A stretch of DNA of 64,000 nt from an uncultured Candidatus Rokubacteria bacterium (GTDB lineage Bacteria; Methylomirabilota; Methylomirabilia; Rokubacteriales; DASRDR01), in contig CAVPSB010000013.1 in NCBI GenBank assembly GCA_963708025.1, positions 128,001-192,000 on the forward strand, read 5' to 3'. Shown here in pieces: positions 21,431-33,219 of this stretch; position 1 is the first letter of the stretch; each line of letters opens with the position of its first letter. The notes under the pieces are model-generated. The model ran no database searches and was not told the DNA's origin. It saw only the letters and a list, made by a program, of their open reading frames with translations. A program made the position numbers and the translations under genes.

Positions 21431-22609
21431 ATGCGACGGACACTGATCGGACTCGGCATCCTCGCCGTGGCCCTGCTCACGGCGCCTCCGGCGGACGCGC
21501 AGCCGACGATCAAGATCGGGCTGATCATGCCGTATTCCGGTCAGTTCGCCGACACCGCGGCGCAGATGGACAACGCCATCAAGCTCTACGTGAAGCAGAA
21601 GGGCGACACCGTGGCCGGCCGGAAGATCGAGTTCATCCGCCGGGATACCGGCGGCGTGGCGCCGGACGTCGCCAAGCGCCTGGCTCAGGAGCTGATCGTG
21701 CGCGACAACGTCGACCTCCTGGCCGGCTTCGTGCTCACGCCCAACGCGCTGGCCGCCGGCGACGTCTCGGCGGAGGCGAAGAAGTTCATGGTGGTCATGA
21801 ACGCGGCGACGTCGATCATCACGACCAAGTCGCCCTACATGGCGCGGACCTCGGTCACCACCCCGCAACTGAACGAGTCGTTCGGCTCGTGGGCCTACAA
21901 GAGCGGCGTCCGGAAGATCTACTCGATGGTGTCCGACTTCGGTCCCGCCCACGACGCCGAAGGTGCCTTCCAGCGGGCGTTCAAGGAAGCCGGCGGCGAG
22001 ATCGTCGGCTCGGTGCGTTTCCCGGTGGCCAATCCCGACTTCTCGGCCTTCATCCAGCGCGCCAAGGACCTGAACCCGGAGGCGATCTACATCTGGGTCC
22101 CCGGCGGGGTGCAGCCGGCCGCGATCGGCAAGGCGCTGGCCGAGCGGGGCATCGACCCCCGGAAGACCAAGATCCTCGGCCAGGGCGAGCTGACCGAGGA
22201 AGAAGCGCTGAAGAGCATGGGCGACGCCGGGCTCGGCATCATCACCGTCTACCACTACGACTACAACCACGACTCCCCGCTGAACCGGGAGTTCGTCAAG
22301 GCCTACCAGGAGGCCAACGGGCGCAACCCGAACATCTACAGCATCGGCGGCTACGACGGCATGCACCTCATCTACGAGGCGCTGAAGAAGACCGGCGGCA
22401 AGACCGACGGCGACTCCCTGATCGCGGCGGCCAAGGGGATGAAGTGGGAGAGCCCGCGGGGCCCGATCTCCATCGATCCCGACACCCGCGACATCGTCCA
22501 GACCGTCTACATCCGGCGGGTGGAGAAGGTGGGCGGCCAGCTGCGCAACGTCGAGTTCGACAAGGTCGAGAACGTCAAGGATCCGGTCAAGGCCCGCGCC
22601 ACGAAGTGA
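21431..22609 (+). CDS. Liv-family ABC substrate-binding protein
   Basis: IKIGLIMPYSGQFA; WESPRGPISIDP. Confidence 0.92.
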   Translation: MRRTLIGLGILAVALLTAPPADAQPTIKIGLIMPYSGQFADTAAQMDNAIKLYVKQKGDTVAGRKIEFIRRDTGGVAPDVAKRLAQELIVRDNVDLLAGFVLTPNALAAGDVSAEAKKFMVVMNAATSIITTKSPYMARTSVTTPQLNESFGSWAYKSGVRKIYSMVSDFGPAHDAEGAFQRAFKEAGGEIVGSVRFPVANPDFSAFIQRAKDLNPEAIYIWVPGGVQPAAIGKALAERGIDPRKTKILGQGELTEEEALKSMGDAGLGIITVYHYDYNHDSPLNREFVKAYQEANGRNPNIYSIGGYDGMHLIYEALKKTGGKTDGDSLIAAAKGMKWESPRGPISIDPDTRDIVQTVYIRRVEKVGGQLRNVEFDKVENVKDPVKARATK

Positions 22610-22653
22610 CCGATCGCCCCCGCTGACGATCGGCTAGCGACGGGCGCTCGGCC

Positions 22654-23517
22654 ATGCTCGCTCCCGTCCTCGGCGTCCTGTTCGACGGGTTCGCCTACGG
22701 GATGCTGCTGTTCCTCCTGTCGGTGGGGCTGTCGGTGACACTGGGCATGATGAATTTCGTCAACCTGGCGCACTGCAGCTTCGCCATGCTCGGCGGCTAC
22801 GTCACCGTGACGCTGATGCAGCGGCTGGAGTGGCCGTTCCTCGCCACGCTGCCGGTCGCCTTCCTCTCGGCGGCGCTAGCCAGCGTCGTGCTCGAGCGCC
22901 TGCTGTACCGCCGACTGTACCGCGCGAGCGATCTCGACCAGTGCCTGCTGACGATCGGCATCGTCTTCATCTCGGTCGCGGTGGCGGCGTACACTTACGG
23001 GACAACCCAGCAGCCGATCCAGACCCCGTCCTACCTGCGGGGGTCGGTCGCGCTCGGAGGCCTCAGCCTCGGCGTGTACCGGCTCTTCCTGATCGGCACC
23101 GCGCTGGCGATCACCCTCGCGCTGGTCGCCGCGCTCGAATACACGCGCTTCGGCGCTCAGGTGCGCGCCGCCGTCGACAATCAGCGCATGGCGCGCGGAC
23201 TCGGCATCGACGTCGACCGCGCGTTCGCGATCACCTTCGCGCTGGGGAGCGGGCTGGCCGGCCTGGGCGGGGCGCTGGCCATCGAGATCGTCGGCCTCGA
23301 TCCAGCCTTTGCGTTCACGTACCTGGTGTACGTCCTCATCGTGGTGTCGGTGGGAGGGCTGGGCTCCATCGGCGGCTCGTTCGCCGCCGCCACTCTTCTC
23401 GGCGTGAGCGACGTCGCCGGCAAGTACTACGTCCCCGAGCTGGGCGCGTTCCTGATCTACCTGGTCATGGTCGGGCTGCTGATGTGGCGGCCGGCCGGCT
23501 TGTTCGGCCGACGGTAG
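22654..23517 (+). CDS. livH: Branched-chain amino acid ABC permease (LivH-like)
   Basis: GLSVTLGMMNFVNLAH; TRFG..RA; GGLGSI. Confidence 0.88.
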   Translation: MLAPVLGVLFDGFAYGMLLFLLSVGLSVTLGMMNFVNLAHCSFAMLGGYVTVTLMQRLEWPFLATLPVAFLSAALASVVLERLLYRRLYRASDLDQCLLTIGIVFISVAVAAYTYGTTQQPIQTPSYLRGSVALGGLSLGVYRLFLIGTALAITLALVAALEYTRFGAQVRAAVDNQRMARGLGIDVDRAFAITFALGSGLAGLGGALAIEIVGLDPAFAFTYLVYVLIVVSVGGLGSIGGSFAAATLLGVSDVAGKYYVPELGAFLIYLVMVGLLMWRPAGLFGRR

Positions 23518-23667
23518 GGGCGGGCCCCGAGACTTGACAGGTATGCCATGACTTTGGCGAGTCAGAGCCGCATTCCTTCGTGAGTCCTCTCCCTGCGTCC
23601 TCGATAGGCTCGCTATTGGAGCCCGTACTCATCTCGAGTGGCCAGAACGGTCGGATGAGTACGCCCG

Positions 23668-24666
23668 ATGACGGGCGCGGCCGGGGTGGTCGAGGATCCG
23701 CACCGGTATCTGGAGGGGCGGGCGCGGTGGGGGCGACTCGAGGTCGCCTTCTGGCTCGCCCTGCTGCTCCCGCTCCTCCTCTTCCCGTCGCATCTCCAGC
23801 TGGCCAGCCAGATCGCCATCACGGCCCTCTTCGCGCTGTCCCTCGATCTCATCCTGGGCTACGCGGGCATCGTGTCGCTGGGCCACGCCGCGTTCTTCGG
23901 ACTGGGCGCCTATACCGCCGGCATCGCCTCCCGGGCCGGCTGGGGCGAGCCCCTCTCCGGGCTCCTGATGGCGGCGCTGGTGGCGGGGTCGGTTGGATAC
24001 GCCACGAGCTTCATCATCGCTCGATTTCGCCACCTGGCCCTGATCATGATCACGCTCGGGCTGGGTCTGCTGCTCCACGAGGCCGCCAACAAGGCGCACT
24101 GGCTGACCGGCGGCGCCGACGGGCTCCAGGGCGTGCGCACCTGGCCGCTGCTCGCCTACTTCCGCTTCGACCTGTACGGCTACACCGCCTACACGTACTC
24201 GCTCGCCGTCCTGTTCCTGGTATTCCTGGCGGCGCGACGGCTCATCAATTCGCCGTTCGGCCTGGCGCTGCGCGGGATCCGGGAGAACCCGATCCGGATG
24301 CCCGCCATCGGAGCACCGAGCCGCTCGCACGTCCGGACGATCTACACCATCTCCGCCGTCATCGCCGGCATCGCCGGCGCCCTGCTCGCCCAGACGACGC
24401 AGACCGTGTCGCTCGGGACCCTGGACTTCCAGCGATCGGCGGACCTGCTCGTCATCCTGACCCTCGGGGGTCCCGGCCGGCTCTACGGCGGCCTGATCGG
24501 GGCCATCGTCTTCATGGTCGCGCGCGACCGGTTCTCCGGGATCAACCCGCAGTACTGGTATTTCTGGATCGGCGCCCTCCTGGTCCTGGTGGTGATCCTG
24601 CTGCCCAACGGCATTCTCGGCGGGCTGGCCCAGCTCACCGCGTCGCGGCGTAACCGGTCGGCGTGA
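23668..24666 (+). CDS. livM: Branched-chain amino acid ABC permease (LivM-like)
   Basis: GYAGIVSLGHAAFFG; TGGADG; SPFGLALRGIREN. Confidence 0.88.
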   Translation: MTGAAGVVEDPHRYLEGRARWGRLEVAFWLALLLPLLLFPSHLQLASQIAITALFALSLDLILGYAGIVSLGHAAFFGLGAYTAGIASRAGWGEPLSGLLMAALVAGSVGYATSFIIARFRHLALIMITLGLGLLLHEAANKAHWLTGGADGLQGVRTWPLLAYFRFDLYGYTAYTYSLAVLFLVFLAARRLINSPFGLALRGIRENPIRMPAIGAPSRSHVRTIYTISAVIAGIAGALLAQTTQTVSLGTLDFQRSADLLVILTLGGPGRLYGGLIGAIVFMVARDRFSGINPQYWYFWIGALLVLVVILLPNGILGGLAQLTASRRNRSA

Positions 24667-25410
24667 ACCCCCCGGCCCTGTCGACGCGGGGGCTCGACAA
24701 GAGCTTCGGGTCCTTGGTGGTGGCCGCGGGCATCGAGCTCTCCCTTCCGCGAGGGGTGCGCTACGCCCTGATCGGTCCGAACGGGGCCGGGAAGACGACG
24801 CTGATCAACCTGATGACCGGCTTGCTGCAGCCCGACGCCGGTCGGATCTTCCTGGGCGACGAGGACATCACCCGGCTGGCGCCGGAGCGGCGCGTCGAGC
24901 GCGGGCTCGTGCGCACGTTCCAGATCAATGCCCTGTTCCCGCATCTCAACCCGCTCGAGTCCGTGACGCTCGCGGTCTGCGAGCGGCGCGGCGTCGCCGC
25001 AACCTGGTGGCGAGGCCTGACCGGCTACCGCGAAGAGGTGGACGAGGCCTACGAGATCCTGAGGTCGCTGACGCTGGGCCCGGTGTGCTATCGAGCGACC
25101 CGCGAGCTCGCCTACGGGCAACAGCGGCTCCTCGAGATCGCGCTCGCGCTGGCGACGAGGCCGAAGGTCCTGCTGCTGGACGAGCCGGCGGCCGGGGTGC
25201 CCCGGGACGAGAGCGCCGAGCTGTTCGGCGCGATCGCCGGTCTGTCGCCGGACCTCACCGTGCTGTTCATCGAGCACGACATGAACGTGGTGTTCCGGTT
25301 CGCCAGCCGCATCATCGTCATGGTCGGCGGCCGGATCCTCGTGGAGGGCGAGCCGGCCGAGATCGCCGGCGATCCGCGCGTGCGGGAGGTCTATCTCGGC
25401 GGAGCGCGTC

Positions 25411-25418
<8 letters not shown>
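24663..25418 (+). CDS. livG: ABC ATPase (LivG-like)
   Basis: GPNGAGKT; LAYGQQR; LLDEPAAG; IEHDM. Confidence 0.9.
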
Positions 25419-26151
<733 letters not shown>

Positions 26152-26154
26152 GGG

Positions 26155-27030
26155 CTAGGGCGTCAGCTTGACGATGGAGTCCTCGTACCGACCCGAGCCC
26201 ATGCCGCCCTCGGCGAAGATGCCGTGCTCGGCGATCCACCGGAAGGTCTCGTCGAAGACCTCCTTGGTGTACGGCTCGAACACGATGCGCTCGCCCGGAC
26301 CCCACCGGCGAGTGTCCATCATCGCGTGGTAGCGGACCGGGAATTCCTTCTTGTAGTAGTGCGTGTGGAGGTCGGGTCGCAGATCGATGGCGCGCTGCGC
26401 CCGCTGCAGGGCGCGGAAGAACTTCCGCAGATCCTCGGGATCCGGGTCGCCGTGGATCATGGTGGTGATCATGAAGGTGGTGTCGATGATCTTGCGGAAT
26501 CCGAGTTGCTCGGCGAAGTAGTAGGGTCCGCTGAACAACGTCGACGCCGGCGCCTTGCCGTCGATCAGGAGCTCCATGCGCTTGAACAGCATGCCGTCGT
26601 TGAACGACAGGCTGATCCGGTCGGCCGGCATGTACTGCTCGAGCGCCTGGATGGTCGCGTAGTGGCTGCCGGACTGGTAGCCGACCGAGATCGGCACCCC
26701 GGCCAGGTCGTCCGGCGTCTTCACCGGGGAGTCGGCCGGCACGAAGATGCCCGAGGGCGCCACCGAGTAGGCGTCGCTGTAGAGCTTGCCGTGACCGCTC
26801 GACGCCGCGACGCCGACCGTCCAGTGGCAGGCGCAGCTCACGTCGGAGGCCCGGCCTTTCTCGAACGACTGGTAGGCGCCGACCCGGCTGCCCTGGTCGT
26901 GGATCTTGCCGTCGGTGGACTGGACCAGCTCCCGGAAGACGTAGTCGAGGCCCTCGTCCCTGAAGTAGCCCTTCTCCTCGGCGACCCACTCCTGCAGCCG
27001 GAAGTGCGGCTCGATGACGAACTGAGGCAT
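26155..27030 (-). CDS. SsuA/TauA-like periplasmic-binding-fold protein with no evident signal peptide
   Basis: EWVAEEKGYFRDEGLD; SPVKTPDDLAG; RBS ggaga upstream. Confidence 0.75.
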   Translation of the reverse strand: MPQFVIEPHFRLQEWVAEEKGYFRDEGLDYVFRELVQSTDGKIHDQGSRVGAYQSFEKGRASDVSCACHWTVGVAASSGHGKLYSDAYSVAPSGIFVPADSPVKTPDDLAGVPISVGYQSGSHYATIQALEQYMPADRISLSFNDGMLFKRMELLIDGKAPASTLFSGPYYFAEQLGFRKIIDTTFMITTMIHGDPDPEDLRKFFRALQRAQRAIDLRPDLHTHYYKKEFPVRYHAMMDTRRWGPGERIVFEPYTKEVFDETFRWIAEHGIFAEGGMGSGRYEDSIVKLTP

Positions 27031-27200
27031 CTCTCGGTCTCCTTGCGCGGGTGGTCTCGACCGTCCCGATAGTGCCCGATCCGGCGGCCGAGCGTCAAGC
27101 CAGCACCGGGCCCCGCGGGGCCGGGTTGTCGAGCGATCGACGGCTCGTCCAGGCTGAAACCGGGGCACCCGGTCGAGCGAGGACCGCCGGGCGCCAGGGG

Positions 27201-29779
27201 TTACGCGCGCCGGGGGAGCGATGCAAGAACGGAGCGCAGCTGCTGCTCGTCGATCGGCTTGACCAGGTGCCGATCGAACCCGGCCTCTTCGGCGCGCCGC
27301 CGGTCCTCAGCCTGCCCATACCCCGTGAGCGCGATCAGACAGATCCCTCCACCGCCCGGCGCCTCGCGCACGGACCGGGCCAGATCGTACCCGTCGCGGC
27401 CTGGCAGGCCGATGTCCACGAACGCCACTTCGGGACGGGTGGTGAGGAGGCGCTCCAGCCCCCCGACACCATTGTCCGCTTCCTCCACCTCGTGGCCCCA
27501 CAGTCGGAGCCAGAGGCAGAGGCTGTCCCGGGCATCCGCGTGGTCCTCGATCACGAGGATGCGTCGCGGCGGGCCCTCGGACGGGGCCGTGCCCGACCGG
27601 ACGACCTCGGGCGCCACCCGGAGGAGCGGCAGGCGAACCGTGAACTCGCTGCCGCGGTCCTGACCCTCGCTGGCGACCGCGATGCGGCCGCCGTGGAGCT
27701 CGACGAGACGCTTCGCCAGCGTCAGCCCCATGCCGAGACCCCCCTGGGAGCGGTCGAGCGACTGCGCGCCCTGGACGAACAGCTCGAACACGCCCGGCAA
27801 CACCTTGGGCGGGATGCCGACGCCGCTGTCCCGGACCCGCAGGACTGCCTCGTCCTTCTCCCGGGTCACCGCGATGTCGATGCGGCCGCCCGGCGGCGTG
27901 TACTTGAGCGCGTTGTCGAGGAGGTTGCCAACCACCTGCTCCAAGCGAGTCGGGTCCCCGTGGACGAGCCCCGTGTCGCCGGCCAGGCCTATCTGGTGCT
28001 GTCCGGTGCGTCCGGCGTGTTGCAGTGCCGTCAGGCACCGGTCCACGACCTCCCTCAAGTCGAACCCGCTGTCGTTGCAGGAGGATCTTGCCGGAGGTGA
28101 CCCGCGCCACGTCGAGGAGATCGTTGACCAGTCGGGCGAGGTGGCTCGCTTGCCGCCGGATGATCGCGTGCACGCGCGCGGCCTCCGCGCCGGGCGACTC
28201 GACCCGCTCGAGGACGCCGATGGCGCTGGTGATCGCGCCCAGCGGATTGCGGAGCTCGTGCCCCAGCATCGCCAGGAACTCGTCCTTCGCGCGGCTGGCC
28301 GCCTCGGCCTCGGCGCGTGCCGCCCGCTCGCGCACGAGCAAGGCGGCGCGCTCGACCTCCGCTTGCCTGCGCTCGATGAACTGGCCGATCTGGCTGCCGA
28401 TGACCGTCATCATCTCGAGCAGGTCGAACGTCCGGCCGCTCGATCCTCCGGCTGAAGAACTCGATGACGCCCCACGTGCGACCCCCCAGGACGATCGGGA
28501 ACGCAAACGCCCCGTGGAGCCCCTCCCGGGCGGCGATCGGCGCCCGGGGGAAGTTGGCGTCCGGCACCACGTCGAGGATCCAGACGGCCCGGCCATCCGC
28601 CCACACCCGCCCCGGCAGGCCGACCCCCGGCCCAAAGGTCCGCTGGCGCGTGGCCGCCTCGAATTCCGGGAACGAGCGCCGCGCCGCGACCCAGACCACG
28701 GTGCAGCGCAGCGCGCCGATGCCCTGGTCAACGGTCCACAGGGCGCCCACCGGCCACTCGAGGCTCCCCCCGACCGCCCGCAGGATCCGCGGCGCCGCCT
28801 CGGTCAGGCTCGCCGAGTCGGCCAGCGCGTGGGTGACCGCGTAGTCCGCCGCCCGCCGTCGCTCCGCCACGTCTCGCTCGTGGATCGCCGCGGCGAGAAC
28901 GAGCCCGCTCATGGCCACGACCCCGAGGAAGACCTGCAGCAGGATCAGGCTATCGTTCAAGTCTCCCGTCGCGAACGGCCCGGAGCCACGCATTGTGCCC
29001 CAGACCGCGATGGCCGAAGCGACGGCCGTCACGGTCGCGGTGCCGATCTGGCCGAACCGGAGGGCGGCCCACATCAGGAACGGGAAGATCGTGTACTCCA
29101 GCGGGTGGCTGCTGGCGGCCCGCCCGAGCACGCCGGTGAACACCAGTAGGCCGATGAGCCCGAGGGCCGCGAGTCCACCCCCGGCCTCGGCGAGGCGGGC
29201 GGCGGGCCAGCGCCGTCGCCAGCCGGCGACCAAGGCGAGGAGCACCGGCGCGACGACCAGCGCCCCCATGGCATCGCCCAGCCACCACACCACCCAGATC
29301 GACCAGAAGGAGGTCCAGGGTTGAACGCCCCCCAGGGCGAGACTCGTGACCCCGATCGTGGCGCTGATCGTCGGGCTCGCCAGCGCGCCGAAGACGATGA
29401 GCCCGAGCGCGTCGCGTAGCCGGTCCACCGACTGACCCATCCCCACGACCCGCTGGAGCAGCCAGGCCCCGACGACGGCCTCCAGCGTGTTCCCGGTGGC
29501 GATCCCCGCCGCGGTGGCGAGCGGCTCGTGGGCGGTCGCGTTCGCCAGGAAGGCCCCGAGCCAGATGGCAGGCGCGATGCGGTCGCCGAGAAGCAGGACC
29601 GCCGTGAGCGCGATGCCGGTCGGCGGCCAGACGGCCGTGACCTGCTCGGCGACGACGGCCAGGCGCAGGCCGAGCTTCGCCGTCGCGAAGTAGCCGGCCG
29701 CGACGCCGAGCGCGATCGCGAGGAACCGGAGATCGTGCGCGCCTGCGCGTCGTGTCATCACGCCGGCCGGGTCGGACAT
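27201..29779 (-). CDS. Hybrid sensor histidine kinase MASE1-GAF-HisKA-HATPase-REC (two frameshifts)
   Basis: VWPPTG and WWLGD (MASE1); GVGLPGRVW (GAF); HELRNPL; NLLDNALKY; GGLGMGL; DIGLP receiver motif. Confidence 0.9.
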
Positions 29780-30267
29780 GGGCGGTGGACGGGGACGGAA
29801 GGCCGAGAATCCATGCTGGTCTCCCCGGACTCCCCGGCCCCCCTTCGACGAGAAGTCCGCGCGATGCAGTCGATGCCGACACTGTCGTGCAACCTGCCCT
29901 CCACGTCAAGCGCCACTGCCGGCCACGAGGTCGAGCACGGGGCCCGCCGCGCCGAGCAGCCGGGCCTCCGCATCGTGGAGCGGCCGATGGGTCCGCGCCG
30001 GCGGGTGCCCCGGCGGAAGCGCCCGCGTCGGGGTCGCGAGGCCGGGGAGCAGGCGCCCGAGGCGCCCGGCCGCGCCCACCTCGGCGGGAGGGGGCCGGCT
30101 CCCCACTTTCGTTCTCGACGTCGTCGATGCCACTATGAGTCCATGGCTGGCTCGCCCCCTTCCGCGGCCTCGACCGCGTCAGCTCTCCGGGGAGCCGCGT
30201 GTGCCAACGCGTCGAGTGGAGACCAGCCGCTTCATCCCATTCCCTCCGTCGAAGGAGCAACCGCGCC

Positions 30268-31515
30268 GTGAGCTCGAGCCGCCAGCCGCCTGCGTTGCCC
30301 GGCGGAATCATCGGAGTGGAGACGCCGTATGCCTGGCTGCGGCTGGCGACCTCGCTGCTGATCAGCACGATCGGCAGCGTCGGGATGTGGAGCGCCGTAG
30401 TCGTGTTGCCGGCCATCCAGGCCGAGTTCGCGGTGGATCGCGCCGATGCGTCCCTGCCCTACACCGTGTCGATGGTCTTCTTCGTCGTCGGCCAGATACT
30501 GATGGGCCGGGTGGCCGACCGTTCCGGCGTCCTCGTTCCGGTGATGGTCGGAACGGCCGCGCTGGCGCTCGGCTACGTCGCCGCGAGTGTCGCCACGAGC
30601 CTGTGGCAGTTCATCGCCGCCTACGGGTTGCTGATCGGCTTTGTCGGCAGCTCGGCCACGTTCGGCCCGGTGATCGCCGACATCTCGCACTGGTTCTCGC
30701 GCCGCCGCGGGATCGCGGTGGCGATTTGCTCGTGCGGCAGCTACCTGGCGGGAACGATCTGGCCGCCGATCGTGCAGCACTTCACGCAGACGGCGGGATG
30801 GCGCGCGACGCACCTGGGGATCGGCGTGTTCTGCGCGGTGACCATGCTGCCGCTCTCCCTCGTCCTGCGCCGCCGTACGCCCGCCATCCGCGGAACGGGC
30901 TCCTCCGGCCCACGCAGCCCGGCGCGGCTGCCCGGCACCATGTCGCCGGCCACGCTCCAGGCGATGCTGATGGTCGCGGGCGTCGCGTGCTGCGTGGCAA
31001 TGGCGATGCCCCAGGTTCACATCGTCGCCTACAGCGGTGACCTGGGCCACGGCGTCGCGCGGGGCGCCGAGATGCTGTCGATGATGCTCGGCTTCGGCAT
31101 CGTCAGCCGCCTGGCTTCAGGGTGGCTCTCCGACCGCATCGGGCCGTTGATCACCCTCTTGCTCGGTTCCGGGCTGCAGGCGCTATCCCTGTTGCTCTAT
31201 CTCCCGTTCCACGGGCTCGCCTCTCTCTACGTCGTGTCGGCGCTCTTCGGCCTGTCCCAGGGCGGCATCGTGCCCAGCTACACGCTGATCGTGCGCGAGT
31301 ACTTCCCGCCGGCGGAGGCGGGGATCCGGATCGCCCTGGTGCTGTCGGCGACCATCGCCGGTATGGCGCTGGGCGGGTGGATGTCCGGCGCGCTCTTCGA
31401 TCACACGCAGTCGTACCGGGCGGCCTTCCTCAACGGGTTCCTGTGGAATCTACTGAACGTGGGCGTCGCGCTGTGGCTGTTGCGCCGGCTGGCGTGGCGC
31501 ATGGCGCACGCGTGA
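30268..31515 (+). CDS. MFS transporter
   Basis: Many hydrophobic segments; GRVADRSG and GWLSDRIG motif A; WFSRRRGIA; RBS aaggag. Confidence 0.9.
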   Translation: MSSSRQPPALPGGIIGVETPYAWLRLATSLLISTIGSVGMWSAVVVLPAIQAEFAVDRADASLPYTVSMVFFVVGQILMGRVADRSGVLVPVMVGTAALALGYVAASVATSLWQFIAAYGLLIGFVGSSATFGPVIADISHWFSRRRGIAVAICSCGSYLAGTIWPPIVQHFTQTAGWRATHLGIGVFCAVTMLPLSLVLRRRTPAIRGTGSSGPRSPARLPGTMSPATLQAMLMVAGVACCVAMAMPQVHIVAYSGDLGHGVARGAEMLSMMLGFGIVSRLASGWLSDRIGPLITLLLGSGLQALSLLLYLPFHGLASLYVVSALFGLSQGGIVPSYTLIVREYFPPAEAGIRIALVLSATIAGMALGGWMSGALFDHTQSYRAAFLNGFLWNLLNVGVALWLLRRLAWRMAHA

Positions 31516-31518
31516 GCC

Positions 31519-31739
31519 ATGAATGGAACCAGCCACACCACCCGGGAGCGGCGCTGGTCTTCGGTCCCGATAGCGCCCTGCTGGCGTCGTCGCAGGTCGA
31601 GCAGATCCGCGACGAGATGATCGTGGCCCCTCTCGAGGCTTCGCTGGTGGCGGAACAGCGCGCCCACCCCAACTACCAGCTGAGAATCCGTCGGCCCGAG
31701 CTCTACGGCGAGCTGGTGCGCGAGCAGCTGTCTTCCTGA
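31519..31739 (+). pseudogene. C-terminal remnant of a carbon-nitrogen hydrolase-like gene
   Basis: PGAALVFGPD...RRPELYGEL; no start codon or N-terminal domain. Confidence 0.55.
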
Positions 31740-31767
31740 AGCAGCCCGACCGGCGTGCGCTCCACGA

Positions 31768-33198
31768 CTAAGCGGGGAGCGGCGGCCGGCGCGTCCACGG
31801 ACTCGCGCGCTCGAGCTGGGCAGCGAGCCGCAGGAGCGTCGCCTCGTCGCCGAAGCGTGCCATCCACTGGGTGCCGATTGGCAGACCCACCTCGTTCCAG
31901 TGGAGCGGGACCGACATGGCCGGCTGCCCCGTGGCGTTGGCAATCCACGTGAAGGGGCAGAAGTCGGTGATCCGCCGACGCATGTCGAAGGGATCGCCGC
32001 CGGCGTAGACCAACGTGCCGAGCGGCACCGGCGGGGCACCGAGGGTCGGCGTCAGCCACACGTCATGGTCGGCGAAGAACCGCGCCACGTCTCGACTGGC
32101 ACGGTGCATGTCCTGTTGCGCCAGCAAGTACGCGGCCGAGCTGAACTCGCGCCCGCGGGCCGCGAAGGCCCAGACGAACGGCTCGAAAAGCTCCTCGGCC
32201 ACCACGCGACCCGTGCGGCGGCTCCAGTCGTCGATCGCCCAGGTGAACCCGGCGGCAATGACGCTGGTGAACGCGCGCCAGAACGGCTCGCCGTCAACCG
32301 CGGGGGCGGCCTCGACCACATGGTGCCCGAGCGTCTCACACAGCCGGGCGGCGTTGTGGACAGCGACGACGCAGTCGGGGTGCACGGTCAACCCCAGAAG
32401 CGTGCGAGTCGAGAAGGCAATGCGGAGCCGGCCCGGCGGCGCTCCGACTTCGGTGCGGAACGGGCGAGTCGCCGGGGGCGCCCAGTAGGGATCGCCGAGA
32501 TCGGGGCCGGCGGCGACGTCGAGCAGGGCCGCGCTGTCCCGGACCGAGCGCGTCAGCGCGTGCTCGACCGCGAGGCCACCCAGGAGCTCGCCGTAGTGGG
32601 GACCGGTGGGGACCCGGGCGCGCGTGGGCTTGAGGCCGAACACGCCGCAGCAGGAGGCGGGAGTCCGAATGGAGCCGCCGGCGTCGTTGCCGTGGGCGGC
32701 TGGCACCATCCGGCAGGCGACGGCCGCGGCCGAGCCCCCGCTGGAGCCACCGGTGGTCCGTGTCGGATCCCAGGGGTTCCGGGCGGGCCCGTACAGCCGG
32801 GGCTCGGTGGTGGGCCCCAGGCCCAGCTCCGGCGTGTTGGTCCGGCCGAGGATGATCAGCCCCGCCCGCTTGAGTCGCCGCACCAGCTCGCTGTCGACCG
32901 CCGGGACGTAGTCCGACAGGAAGGCGCTGGCCTCGTGCAAAGGAACCCCGGCCTCCTCGACCACGAGGTCCTTGAGCAGGTAGGGCACCCCGGCCAGGAG
33001 CCCGTCGCCCGGTGCTCCGGCCGCGGCCTGACGCGCCCGCTCGTACGAGCGGAGCACGACCGCGTTGATCCAGGGGTTCAGTCGCTCGATCCGGTCGATG
33101 GCGGCTTCGACCAGCTCGCTCGCCGTCACCTCCTTCCGGCGGACCAGCTCGGCCTGGGCGGTCGCGTCGAGTTCCATCAGCTCGTCGAGATTGGCCAC
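31768..33198 (-). CDS. Amidase-signature family enzyme
   Basis: GVPYLLKDL; GGSSGGSAAAV; NDAGGSIRTPASCCG; RBS aggagg. Confidence 0.92.
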   Translation of the reverse strand: MANLDELMELDATAQAELVRRKEVTASELVEAAIDRIERLNPWINAVVLRSYERARQAAAGAPGDGLLAGVPYLLKDLVVEEAGVPLHEASAFLSDYVPAVDSELVRRLKRAGLIILGRTNTPELGLGPTTEPRLYGPARNPWDPTRTTGGSSGGSAAAVACRMVPAAHGNDAGGSIRTPASCCGVFGLKPTRARVPTGPHYGELLGGLAVEHALTRSVRDSAALLDVAAGPDLGDPYWAPPATRPFRTEVGAPPGRLRIAFSTRTLLGLTVHPDCVVAVHNAARLCETLGHHVVEAAPAVDGEPFWRAFTSVIAAGFTWAIDDWSRRTGRVVAEELFEPFVWAFAARGREFSSAAYLLAQQDMHRASRDVARFFADHDVWLTPTLGAPPVPLGTLVYAGGDPFDMRRRITDFCPFTWIANATGQPAMSVPLHWNEVGLPIGTQWMARFGDEATLLRLAAQLERASPWTRRPPLPA

Positions 33199-33219
33199 AG
33201 CTCCTCCTGGGTGAGAGGC

